Shown: positions 9,208 through 18,355 of the stretch, piece by piece
Layout: each line of letters opens with the position of its first letter
Numbering within the stretch: the first letter of the stretch is position 1
Virus record (IMG/VR): IMGVR_UViG_3300040985_002476
Coordinates: 1-24,974 of that record
From: a virus
Taxonomy: Duplodnaviria > Caudoviricetes
DNA: 24,974 nt
Reading direction: 5' to 3' (one strand)
Notes under the pieces: model-generated
Told to the model about the DNA's origin: nothing
Database searches by the model: none
The model's input: the letters and a program-made list of their open reading frames with translations, nothing else
Translations under genes and position numbers: made by a program

Positions 9208-9923
9208 TGTTTGGTATAGTCTCGCAATCAGGCAATACGCCGACAATGTATAATCCTATTATTTGCTTCGATACGTCTGATACTTCGGCGAGCAATATAA
9301 CAGAATCATCTAATCTTGTATCATTACTGAAAGATAGGTCAGGCAATGGAAATGATGGAGTTCAAGGCACTGGTTCAAAGCAACCATCTACCAACACTAA
9401 TACTATTAATAGTTTAAACGCTATATATTGTGGAGTTGGAGATTATCTTTCAATGGCAAGTGTATCAACAGCCGTTAATCTTACATTGATATGTGTATTT
9501 AAACCTCTTGGAAATAATCATGCCACTGCTGCATTCTTTTGTGCGGACGCTGCTGATAATGATTTTCAAATAGATTCACTTACAAGCGGTCAATTTCATG
9601 GTCGTGTTAATAGTACTAATTTAGGAGCTACAAGTGCGCCTGATTTGGGATCTAATGAAATAAATAATGTCATTTTAGTAGTATATAGATTTTCTGATAA
9701 TGATAGTGATGTCACAGTAAGGCTTAACGGAGCTGAGGTTGATTCTGATACTTATGATGGGGCAATGAATTCAACAATGACAATGAGAATAGCAATAAAC
9801 AGGGGACTTTCAAGATCTTTAAAATTAGATTTAGGTGAGTTTCTAGTATTTAATGAAGATCTAAGCGCCACTCAAATAGCTACTATCGAGACATATCTTA
9901 CAGATAAATGGGGGGTTGTATAA
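9207..9923 (+). CDS. LamG/concanavalin-A-like fibre tip or adhesin
   Basis: Start moved to ATG 9207 (TAATG coupling; MFGIVSQ). FDTSDTS...DRSGNGNDGVQ...GEFLVFNEDLS...IETYLTDKWG is a LamG-like pattern. Confidence 0.7.
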   Translation: MFGIVSQSGNTPTMYNPIICFDTSDTSASNITESSNLVSLLKDRSGNGNDGVQGTGSKQPSTNTNTINSLNAIYCGVGDYLSMASVSTAVNLTLICVFKPLGNNHATAAFFCADAADNDFQIDSLTSGQFHGRVNSTNLGATSAPDLGSNEINNVILVVYRFSDNDSDVTVRLNGAEVDSDTYDGAMNSTMTMRIAINRGLSRSLKLDLGEFLVFNEDLSATQIATIETYLTDKWGVV

Positions 9924-10144
9924 TGTTATACAATGTATTTGACACAGAAGCAGAAGCACAAGTAGCGCAAGCATATGACTTTAAAAAATTTATGGAAATA
10001 TTCTCTGATAATAACGGCTATGATAGATCTACATCATGCTGGGCAGTTCCTACGCAGCGTATCACAGATAAGAAATGGATTTACAAAGTATGCCCTCAAT
10101 CGGATGCGGAATATACTACAGAAGAATATCAAATAGAGACTTAA
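9923..10144 (+). CDS. small hypothetical protein, possible fibre-tip partner
   Basis: ATG 9923 overlaps the upstream stop (TAATG); FDTEAEAQ...TSCWAVP motif. Confidence 0.6.
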   Translation: MLYNVFDTEAEAQVAQAYDFKKFMEIFSDNNGYDRSTSCWAVPTQRITDKKWIYKVCPQSDAEYTTEEYQIET

Positions 10145-10149
10145 TTTAA

Positions 10150-10401
10150 ATGTATAAAAGAAAAGAGGGCTACGTCCACGGTGACTACAACGTCATATGT
10201 GATAGATCCGGCTTTAAATGCAAAGCCTCTGATACTAGAATGGAGTGGAATGGTTTGCGGGTGCATAAAGACTTTTGGGAACCAAGACAAGCGCAAGATA
10301 AAATACAAACATTTAAAGATAAACAATCAGTACCAGACCCTAGGCCAGACACGGACCCTATATTTATAGGCACAAATGAAGTCAATAGGAGTAATCTCTA
10401 A
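10150..10401 (+). CDS. conserved small podovirus virion/neck-region protein
   Basis: ICDRSGFK...EWNGLRV...WEPRQAQD...DPRPD pattern, usually found just before the head-tail adaptor. Confidence 0.75.
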   Translation: MYKRKEGYVHGDYNVICDRSGFKCKASDTRMEWNGLRVHKDFWEPRQAQDKIQTFKDKQSVPDPRPDTDPIFIGTNEVNRSNL

Positions 10402-10417
10402 TGTCTAATGTCTAATG
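10397..10417 (+). repeat. 7-bp tandem repeat (TCTAATG)x3 across a stop/start junction
   Basis: Three exact copies at 10397, 10404 and 10411. Confidence 0.95.
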
Positions 10418-10734
10418 ATAAATTAAAGAATATAGCGATTGATTTAATAGATGTTTATTTAGAAAAATCTAAAAAATACGATAGTATTAACAGTGACTTA
10501 CAGGATATGCAAGGGGACTTCTCCCAAAGACTTAATGTTATAGATGATGAGTTACTATCTAAGCTTTTGAAATTACTAGATCAAGTATTAGATAATGATG
10601 ATACGGCTAGCTACTTTATTTTTGAGTGTCAAAACATGAAGGAAGGGGGCTCAGTACAGGGAAACGGTGGCAAAACATATCCTTTAAAAACAATCCAGGA
10701 TCTCAAAGATTATATCTTTAGGGATAAAAAATAA
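10408..10734 (+). CDS. hypothetical protein, likely an accessory insertion
   Basis: 108 aa, charged and helical, unlike its structural neighbours; ASYFIFEC...KTIQDLKDYI. Confidence 0.7.
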   Translation: MSNDKLKNIAIDLIDVYLEKSKKYDSINSDLQDMQGDFSQRLNVIDDELLSKLLKLLDQVLDNDDTASYFIFECQNMKEGGSVQGNGGKTYPLKTIQDLKDYIFRDKK

Positions 10735-10739
10735 ATTCC

Positions 10740-10763
10740 AAAGGGGTCGAATTCGACCCCTTT
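10740..10763. repeat. perfect 24-bp palindrome AAAGGGGTCGAATTCGACCCCTTT
   Basis: Exact self-reverse-complement with no spacer, in a 47-bp intergenic gap. Confidence 0.95.
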
Positions 10764-10781
10764 AAATCAAAATAAAATAAA

Positions 10782-11750
10782 ATGGCAACAAGCGGAAGTG
10801 TAGATTTTTCTTTAAATAGAGATGAATTAATAACACGTGCATTTAAAAAACTAGGTATCCTATCAGAAGGAGAGACTTTGACCGCTGCACAAGTAGTAGA
10901 TGCAACAGAGGATCTTAATTTGATGATAAAATCTTGGCAATCACAAGGTTTACATTTATGGGCTTATCAAGAAGCAGAGTTATTTCTAGAAGTGGGAAAA
11001 GGCCAATATAACTTAGGGCCAACAGGCGATGACGCTAGCGCCACTACTGTTAAAACCACCACCACCGCCGATGCTGCAATTAGCGCAACTAGCTTAACAG
11101 TCTCTAGTATTACAGGTATATCTAGCGCCGATACCATACTTATCGTCTTAGATGATGGCACGGTAGATAGTACAACGGTAAATGGCGCACCAAGTGGTAG
11201 TACAGTTGTTATTACAACAGGTTTGACTAGTGCAGCTAGTTCAGGAGCACGGATTTATACATATACCACAAAAATAGGCCGTCCCTTAAAGATTACTCAA
11301 GCTAGAAGAACAAATTCTAGCGGGACCGACATCCCTATGAGTCGTTTATCAAGAGGAGGGTATTATGGACTGCCTAATAAAGATAATCAGGGTACTCCTA
11401 TACAGTTTTATTATGACCCACAACTAGGTAATGGGGTGATTTCTATATGGAGCACTCCTAGTACAGCAAATGACACTATCCGCTTTACTATGCAACGAAG
11501 CTTTGAGGACATGGACGCTGGGACGAATGATTTCGACTTTCCTCAAGAATGGCTCGAGCCTTTGATCTACGGGCTAGCTGATAGATTAGCCGATGAATAT
11601 GGCGTAGATAATGGAATCAAAGGCCGAATTGCCCGTAGAGCAGCCGAATCTTTGGCTTTGGCTATGTCTTTCGATCAAGAAGAGGGTTCTATCTTTTTCT
11701 CTCCTGATTTTACCTCTGGGCCTAGCAATGTAGGTGGCTCCTATGACTAA
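10782..11750 (+). CDS. head-tail adaptor (P22 gp4-position protein) with an inserted beta domain
   Basis: MATSGSVDF...LITRAFKKLG...LNLMIKSWQSQGLHLW and LPNKDNQGTPIQFYYD...DFPQEWLEPLIYGLA; Thr/Ser-rich insert in the middle. Confidence 0.75.
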   Translation: MATSGSVDFSLNRDELITRAFKKLGILSEGETLTAAQVVDATEDLNLMIKSWQSQGLHLWAYQEAELFLEVGKGQYNLGPTGDDASATTVKTTTTADAAISATSLTVSSITGISSADTILIVLDDGTVDSTTVNGAPSGSTVVITTGLTSAASSGARIYTYTTKIGRPLKITQARRTNSSGTDIPMSRLSRGGYYGLPNKDNQGTPIQFYYDPQLGNGVISIWSTPSTANDTIRFTMQRSFEDMDAGTNDFDFPQEWLEPLIYGLADRLADEYGVDNGIKGRIARRAAESLALAMSFDQEEGSIFFSPDFTSGPSNVGGSYD

Positions 11751-13137
11751 AATTAACTTTGCTAGGCATTTTTACGCCGGGCGAAGCAAGCCTGTATCTG
11801 CTCAAAAGCTAGTTAATTTATATGCTCAAGATGAGCCAGAGGATGCTAAAAACATAGTATCGTTAATAGGAACCCCCGGGCTAAAAAGCTATCTCACAGT
11901 TGGTAATGGCCCGATTAGAGGCTCTATTGAGATGGGGGGAGACCTGTATGTAGTGTCTAATAGCAATGTATTTAAAATAGATTCTTTAGGCGTTAAAACT
12001 GATTTAGGGGCGATGAATTTCGTTTCTGGTAATGTTAGTATTGCAGAAAATGGGACGCAAGTCCTTATCGTTAATCCTAGTGGCGATGGATATATTGCCA
12101 CATCTAGCACACTTGCTATAATATCAGATGTAGATTTTCCTGTAGCAAGCTCAGTAACCTATATGGATACATATTTTATCGTATCCGAGAAAGATACGGG
12201 TAAGTTTTTTATATCTGCTCAAAATGATGGTACTGCATGGGCAGCCTTAGATTTTACAACTGCGGAATCAGACCCAGATAATATAATTATAGTAAAAGCA
12301 TATAACGATGCTTTATGGGTTTTTGGCGAAATTTCTATAGAAGTTTACTACAATTCAGGAAATGCCGACTTTCCTTTTGAAGCAATACAAGGTGGTAAAA
12401 TTGAAAAAGGTTGTGCCGCGAAATTATCAGTAGCTACGGAAAATAATATATTATTCTGGCTAGGGGATGATAAAGTGGTTTACGCCGCGTCTGGATATAG
12501 CCCCATCCCTATCTCAAATTATGCTATAAATAAGCAGATAGAGGATATGGTGGTAATAAATGATGCATACGGCTTTATTTATTCACAAGAAGGGCACGAC
12601 TTCTATATCTTGACCTTTCCTACTGAGCTATTGACTTTTGCTTATGACATAACAACTAAATTATGGCATCAAAGACAAAGTTTTGAAGAAGGCAGGTGGT
12701 TAGTAAATAGTTTTACCAGTATATTTCAAAAACTCATAGTTGGTGATTTTAATAGCAACAATCTCTATGAGTTAGATTTAGACACTTACTTAGATGGTTC
12801 AACAACAATACAAAGAATAGCGGTTACAGCGCCTCTTTTTGCAGAGGGTAAAAGATTCATTACCAACCGATTGCGGATTGATATAGAGGCTGGTGTTGGC
12901 CTTACTACTGGGCAAGGGAGTGATCCTAAAGGCATGCTAGAATTTTCAGATGATGGCGGGCAAACTTGGAGCAATGAGAGATGGGTAGCAATAGGCAAGA
13001 TAGGAGAATATAAAAATAGATTAGTCTGGCGAAGGTTAGGCCAATCACGTGAGCGAGTGTATCGCTTAACAATATCCGACCCCGTAAAGACTGTAATATC
13101 AGGAGCTTATATAACAAGTAAGTTAGGCATAGAATAA
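11743..13137 (+). CDS. packaged-DNA stabilisation / tail hub protein (P22 gp10-like)
   Basis: LIGTPGL, TAESDPD, LWVFGEISIEV, FAYDITTKLWHQR, SDDGGQTWSNE...GKIGEY...WRRLG...R; start moved to ATG 11743. Confidence 0.85.
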   Translation: MTKINFARHFYAGRSKPVSAQKLVNLYAQDEPEDAKNIVSLIGTPGLKSYLTVGNGPIRGSIEMGGDLYVVSNSNVFKIDSLGVKTDLGAMNFVSGNVSIAENGTQVLIVNPSGDGYIATSSTLAIISDVDFPVASSVTYMDTYFIVSEKDTGKFFISAQNDGTAWAALDFTTAESDPDNIIIVKAYNDALWVFGEISIEVYYNSGNADFPFEAIQGGKIEKGCAAKLSVATENNILFWLGDDKVVYAASGYSPIPISNYAINKQIEDMVVINDAYGFIYSQEGHDFYILTFPTELLTFAYDITTKLWHQRQSFEEGRWLVNSFTSIFQKLIVGDFNSNNLYELDLDTYLDGSTTIQRIAVTAPLFAEGKRFITNRLRIDIEAGVGLTTGQGSDPKGMLEFSDDGGQTWSNERWVAIGKIGEYKNRLVWRRLGQSRERVYRLTISDPVKTVISGAYITSKLGIE

Positions 13138-13487
13138 TGACAAAGGTAACTTATCCAACAGGAGAAAATAAAATAATAGACTTGCAAACAGGAGAGTTAA
13201 AACCAGTCTGGCAAAGGTTCTTCTTTAATGTTTGGACTAGAATTGGCGGAGGAAGTGAGGCTACTTTTGCAGCTAATGGCCCTAACGTGCAAGTTGGTAT
13301 AGGAACTGATAATCCAGCAGAAAGCGCACTTTTAGAGCTTTCTTCCACAACTGGAGCTTTGCTATTGCCAAGGATGACAACAGCGCAGAGAGATGCTCTT
13401 ACGGGCGTTAATGGCATGATGATATATAATAGCAGTCTTAACAAATCCCAGAGCTATGAGAATGGGGCATGGGCGAGCTTAATTTAG
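13137..13487 (+). CDS. tail needle-position protein (P22 gp26 slot)
   Basis: N-term PVWQRFFFNVWTRIGG after the gp10-like gene; C-term VGIGT.NP..SALLELSSTT..LLLPRMTTAQRDA module. Confidence 0.6.
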   Translation: MTKVTYPTGENKIIDLQTGELKPVWQRFFFNVWTRIGGGSEATFAANGPNVQVGIGTDNPAESALLELSSTTGALLLPRMTTAQRDALTGVNGMMIYNSSLNKSQSYENGAWASLI

Positions 13488-13500
13488 TAATAAGAAAATA

Positions 13501-14037
13501 ATGCAAAATTTCCATAAAATAGCGAGTGAACAAAATATAAAACCACTACTGGCGGCCATTATGCGCCAACCTGAGTTATGGAATAAATTAGATATTCGCA
13601 CATTAGGAGATTCTTATCATAGAGAAGCCGATGATATTATTTTAAGGTTTAATGATGTTTTTTCTAGCGAGGATCTAGTTAATAGTCATGAGTCTATAGA
13701 TTACCGTTCTTTCTTTAATCTGGCTCAAGCAAGACCTATAATCTTTGACTTGATGCGCTTTGTGGAAGGGAAGCGCCTTGGTAGGGTTGTTATTACTAGG
13801 TTAAGCCCGGGGCAGCGAATTTATGCTCATACAGATAGCGTGAGTCAAACTGATTATTATGATAGGTATCATGTAACTTTGCAAAATGCAGAGGGGTCAA
13901 TATTTAGGGCTGGCGATGAAACTATATGTATGCAGCCCGGAGATATATACTGGTTTAACAATGCAGTAGAGCATGAGGTTATTAATAATAGTTATGAGGA
14001 TAGGATTACTATGATAATTGATATTTGTTCAAAATGA
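13501..14037 (+). CDS. aspartyl/asparaginyl beta-hydroxylase family 2OG-Fe(II) oxygenase
   Basis: L.PG..IYAHTD (HxD), RYHVTL, GDIYWFNN...HEVIN and DRITMIID. Confidence 0.85.
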   Translation: MQNFHKIASEQNIKPLLAAIMRQPELWNKLDIRTLGDSYHREADDIILRFNDVFSSEDLVNSHESIDYRSFFNLAQARPIIFDLMRFVEGKRLGRVVITRLSPGQRIYAHTDSVSQTDYYDRYHVTLQNAEGSIFRAGDETICMQPGDIYWFNNAVEHEVINNSYEDRITMIIDICSK

Positions 14038-14495
14038 GTGACATAACTTTTCAAGTTGAAAATTGGTTTTCTTGTAGGAAGAAAATGGAGTGGCTTTTCC
14101 CGATACATTGGGAAGAGGTAGGAGTCTATAAGGATAAAATTAAATTAAACTTTAATGACGAAGAATATAATCGACTTGCAGAGCAGGGCAATCTTGTAAT
14201 AGTCACGGCGCGAGATAAAGAGAAAATCGTAGGGTATCATTGGAGTTTTTTAAAACATCATATCAGATATAAGGATAGCTTAACAGCTACAACGGATGTG
14301 TTCTTCTTACACCCTGATTATAGGAAGGGTTTTAATGGGATTAATCTTTTTAAATTTGTTGAGAAAACCTTAAAAGATATGGGTGTCGAGAGGATGGTGA
14401 CAGGCTTTAAAATCAGTCATGATAAAAGCAAAATATTTGAATATCTTAATTGGGATAGACAAGAAATAATTTATACAAAATATATAGGGGAATAA
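14034..14495 (+). CDS. GNAT-family acetyltransferase
   Basis: DVFFLHPDYRKGFNGINLF acetyl-CoA binding motif; ATG 14034 overlaps the upstream TGA. Confidence 0.8.
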   Translation: MSDITFQVENWFSCRKKMEWLFPIHWEEVGVYKDKIKLNFNDEEYNRLAEQGNLVIVTARDKEKIVGYHWSFLKHHIRYKDSLTATTDVFFLHPDYRKGFNGINLFKFVEKTLKDMGVERMVTGFKISHDKSKIFEYLNWDRQEIIYTKYIGE

Positions 14496-15190
14496 TGGGA
14501 ATTACAGCAGTAGTAGCAGGTGGGATATTGGGGTCGGCCGTATATTCAGACCAGCAACAACAAAAAGCCGCAAAAAGAAGCGAGGCGGCTTTTTTAAAAG
14601 GGCTCTCACAAGAAGAGCGACAGTTTCAACAGACTAGGGAAGATTTATCCCCTTATCGTGAAGCTGGAAAAAATGCTTTAGAGCAATATAATAAAACCAT
14701 TGGCGGCGATTATAGCGGGTTTACATCAACTCCAGATTACCAATTCGGATTAGAACAAGGAGAGAAAGCTTTAGGACGCGCGCAAGCAGCGAGAGGCAAT
14801 TATTTTTCACCTCGTGCTATGAATGAATTGAGTAGGTACGGGCAAGGATACGGCTCTCAAAGGCTAACTAGTTACTTATCTAGGTTACAAGGCTTATCTA
14901 GTATGGGTCAAACAGCATCGGCTCAAACCGGGCAATTTGGCGCGCAATCAGTTGCAGCGCAAAATCAATTAAGGAACTCGGCAGCAGGTGTAAGAGGAGA
15001 GGCGGATATAGGTCGAGCTAATTTGGTTAGCGGTGTTGTAGAGCAAGGGATAGGACTGTATGGGGCCTCCAAGGGATTTGGTGGCGGTAGCGGATCACAA
15101 ACAGGGCTAACCTCGCAATCAAGTTCTTTTGACCAAAGTTATAAAGGCCCTACAGGCTCCATGTGGGGCACTCCAACACCATCATATTAA
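14495..15190 (+). CDS. DNA ejection/transfer protein (P22 gp7-like)
   Basis: Hydrophobic Gly-rich N-term; LSPYREAG..AL, PDYQFGLEQG, AARG...S...L.RYGQG; Gln/Gly-rich. Confidence 0.8.
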   Translation: MGITAVVAGGILGSAVYSDQQQQKAAKRSEAAFLKGLSQEERQFQQTREDLSPYREAGKNALEQYNKTIGGDYSGFTSTPDYQFGLEQGEKALGRAQAARGNYFSPRAMNELSRYGQGYGSQRLTSYLSRLQGLSSMGQTASAQTGQFGAQSVAAQNQLRNSAAGVRGEADIGRANLVSGVVEQGIGLYGASKGFGGGSGSQTGLTSQSSSFDQSYKGPTGSMWGTPTPSY

Positions 15191-15200
15191 TTGTAATAAA

Positions 15201-16433
15201 ATGACAAGATATTTACCAGAAGCAAGGTCCGTTAATGCATTAGGGGCTTTTAAGCAAGGGCAAGAAATAAGGTCTAATCAATTAGCCATTAAAGCACAGG
15301 AGCAACAACTAGATAAAAAAAACTATCTAGAAGGCTTATGGCAAGGTGTTGCTGGTGGTAATCAAAATGCGATAAACCGCCTAAAAGTAGAAGATCCTGC
15401 AAAGATGAAAACTTATTTATCTTTACAACATAGTGGTGAACAACAGGCCAAAGAGACACAAGAAAGAGATGTTAAGTATATGGGGCAAATAGCCGCGACT
15501 GTACTTAATTCAGCACCAGAAGACAAAGCCGCAGCTTGGGAGATGGGGTTAGGTTTAGCAGAGAACGCAGGGAAAGATGTTAGTGAACTTCCTCAGAAAT
15601 ACACTCCTGAAAGTGCTCCGCAAATAGATCAGTTATTAAACTTCTTAGTTAATCAATCTAGGGATGTTAAAGATATTATCGGTAACGATCCCTCTGCACC
15701 TACTGCATCTTCATCGGATCCCTCCGCTGTTAGAGAGTATAAGTATTATCAATCCTTATCAGCACCAGAGCAGCAGGAGTTTTTAAATGTAAAAAGAAAT
15801 ATCGCAAAAGAAGGGGTAAGATTTACAGAGGAGGGTAATATTGAGACTATACCGGGGATATTAGAAGCTAAAAGCGGAATAGAAGAGGCAAAAAAGCGGG
15901 GGGCTGATACTGGAAAATTAGATGTTGAAAGACGCAAGAATTTAGTCACAGCAAGCTCTGCATTAAAATCTCTAGAGAGTAAATCAAAAGTAGTAACCGA
16001 CACTATTGATAAGGCGTTGGATACTATTAATATATTTTCCACGGGATACGGCTCTTGGTTCGATTTCGTGCCTAATACAGATGCTCGTAAACTTAAAAAC
16101 TATATTGATACCATAAAAGCAAATGTAGGTTTTGATAAATTGCAACAGATGCGTGATAACTCCCCAACTGGAGGAGCTTTAGGGCAAGTTTCAGAATTGG
16201 AAAACAAATTACTACAAGCCGTCAATGGTTCGTTAGACCCGGGGCAAAGAGACCAATTAGAGGAGAATTTAAAAGTAATAAAAGAATTCTACCCCCAACT
16301 TGTAGGAGAAAGGAAATTGGCATTTGAGGCTGATTATGGCCAATATATACCGGATAGAAAAAAACCTAATACAATTGATTTGCCGAGATTTAAAGACAAA
16401 GAAGAGCTAACTAAAAAATATAATTTAGATTAA
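15201..16433 (+). CDS. second ejection (internal virion) protein, gp20 position
   Basis: Start moved to ATG 15201; helical and Gln-rich; IKANVGFDKLQQMRDNSPTGGALGQVSELEN motif; synteny. Confidence 0.7.
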   Translation: MTRYLPEARSVNALGAFKQGQEIRSNQLAIKAQEQQLDKKNYLEGLWQGVAGGNQNAINRLKVEDPAKMKTYLSLQHSGEQQAKETQERDVKYMGQIAATVLNSAPEDKAAAWEMGLGLAENAGKDVSELPQKYTPESAPQIDQLLNFLVNQSRDVKDIIGNDPSAPTASSSDPSAVREYKYYQSLSAPEQQEFLNVKRNIAKEGVRFTEEGNIETIPGILEAKSGIEEAKKRGADTGKLDVERRKNLVTASSALKSLESKSKVVTDTIDKALDTINIFSTGYGSWFDFVPNTDARKLKNYIDTIKANVGFDKLQQMRDNSPTGGALGQVSELENKLLQAVNGSLDPGQRDQLEENLKVIKEFYPQLVGERKLAFEADYGQYIPDRKKPNTIDLPRFKDKEELTKKYNLD

Positions 16434-18355
16434 TGAGAGATATTTCAATTGTAAAAGGCAATATCCGCAAAATGATAGATGCTGGTGCTCCAGAGAGTGA
16501 TATTGACAAATATATTGTTTCTGAGGGGCATTCTTTAGAGGGCTTGAAAAAGACAAAAGAACCAGCGGATAGAAAAATTGGCAAAACAGAGGCCGCTATT
16601 ATTGGTGCTGGTAAAGGATACAGCTTTGGCTTCGGAGATGAACTTGTAGCGGCAGCGGCCACGCCTACTATTTACGCCGGTAGTAGAATAGCGGAAGCTT
16701 TTGGAGGCGATACAAAAGGCTTAGCAGACCAAACCCTTAAAGAGACCTACAAGCAAGAGAGGGATAAGGGGCGAGCTGAAATATCGGAGGCAGAAAAGCA
16801 ACAACCAGGAGCCTTTCTGGCAGGAGAAGTGTCGGGGGGTATAGCCTCACCTATCGCAAGAGGTGCGGCAGGCTTAAAGGGTGGTGCAAAAATTGGTGCT
16901 ATCACAGGTGCAGGTTACTCAGAGGCAGATACAGACGCGGGATTAGTAGCTGATACAATAGTAGGAACCGCCACTGGTGCTATAGGAGGAAAGGTACTTG
17001 ATAAAGTCGGTGGCGCAGTAGCAGGGGTCAAAAACAGTATATCGTCTCTTGTAAAGAGATTTGCAGAAGAGCGAACGGGACAGGATATATTAGGAAGCGC
17101 TATAAAACCAGGGCAAGCTAAAACACTAGCTAACAAACTAGCGGGCAAAGAGGGGCGGCAAGTTTTGCTCCCGGATGTAGCAGGAGACGATTTAGTTGGC
17201 TTTACTAGACTTTTGGCAAAAACTCCTGGCAGTAAGAATACTATTCACAGAGCCTTATCCGATAGGACGGCGCACTCTGCAACTAGGGTTTCCAATTTAG
17301 TAAATAAAGGTATTTCTAATGACGCTTATTTTGGATCGCTAGATAATTTAATAGAAGCTAGATCGACATTATCAGGCCCTCTTTATGAAAAAGCTTATAA
17401 AGAAGGTTTTGATTTAAAAGGTGTTTTAGTAGAGAAAGGGGATAAGGTTACTCTAGGCTCAGTAAAAGAACTTATCGATGATGAAAGAGTTTTTACAGCT
17501 ATAAATAGAGCTCGAAAAGATTTTGGGATAAAAACTCCTGATACTTCGGTTGAAACTTTGCATGGAGCAAGGCAAGTCGTTGATGACATTATCAATCAAG
17601 CAGAGGGTCAAAGTAAAAATAATATGGCTAGATCTTACCGAGAATTAAAAGCCAAAATAAATAAAGTCCTCTACCAAGCATCGCCGACTCTAGAATTAGC
17701 AGATAATACTTTCGCAGGTTACAAGGCTCTTGAAAACGCTCAAGAGTTAGGGGCTAAATTCAGGTTATTGCGACCAGAGCAATTAAAGAAAACATTCTCA
17801 GAATTAACTAGTGGCGAGCAAGATGCTTTTAGAATTGGTGCGAAAGAAAATCTGATGAAGATGATCGGGCAATCAACGGATAGAGTATCAGTAGCAAGGA
17901 AAATATTTGCCATTCCTGATAATAGACGAAGATTAAAAGTTATCTTTAAAGATGAAAAGCAATATAATGATTTCGCTAAAAGGATGTTAGATGAAATCAA
18001 GCTTTTCAATACCAAGGAGAAGGTTTTGGGAGGGTCTAGGACCGATATAAATATAGCTGATGAAGCGGCTATTATAGATAAATTTTCAAGCGGAGCATCC
18101 AGCCCAAAGCTAGCTGTTTTAAGAGCAGTTACCGATTCTGTCAAAAAACGTTATGTTGGCTTAAATGAGGCCAACGCTAAAGAGGTCGCAGAAATTCTGG
18201 TTAGCCCTGAAAAATCAATTCAGGCTTTAAATAACATCTATAAAAAATCTAAGCTAAATGAAGCCTCAAAGAAGGCTACCAAAGACGCTGTAGAGGATAT
18301 TATCTCAAGAATGGGAGTGCTAAAAGGTGGTATTGTGGCGCAAGCAGGGGAGTAA
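16433..18355 (+). CDS. third (large) ejection protein, gp16 position
   Basis: 640 aa; Gly/Ala-rich membrane-type segments (GYSFGFGDEL, GAITGAG) then helical domains; synteny. Confidence 0.7.
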   Translation: MRDISIVKGNIRKMIDAGAPESDIDKYIVSEGHSLEGLKKTKEPADRKIGKTEAAIIGAGKGYSFGFGDELVAAAATPTIYAGSRIAEAFGGDTKGLADQTLKETYKQERDKGRAEISEAEKQQPGAFLAGEVSGGIASPIARGAAGLKGGAKIGAITGAGYSEADTDAGLVADTIVGTATGAIGGKVLDKVGGAVAGVKNSISSLVKRFAEERTGQDILGSAIKPGQAKTLANKLAGKEGRQVLLPDVAGDDLVGFTRLLAKTPGSKNTIHRALSDRTAHSATRVSNLVNKGISNDAYFGSLDNLIEARSTLSGPLYEKAYKEGFDLKGVLVEKGDKVTLGSVKELIDDERVFTAINRARKDFGIKTPDTSVETLHGARQVVDDIINQAEGQSKNNMARSYRELKAKINKVLYQASPTLELADNTFAGYKALENAQELGAKFRLLRPEQLKKTFSELTSGEQDAFRIGAKENLMKMIGQSTDRVSVARKIFAIPDNRRRLKVIFKDEKQYNDFAKRMLDEIKLFNTKEKVLGGSRTDINIADEAAIIDKFSSGASSPKLAVLRAVTDSVKKRYVGLNEANAKEVAEILVSPEKSIQALNNIYKKSKLNEASKKATKDAVEDIISRMGVLKGGIVAQAGE

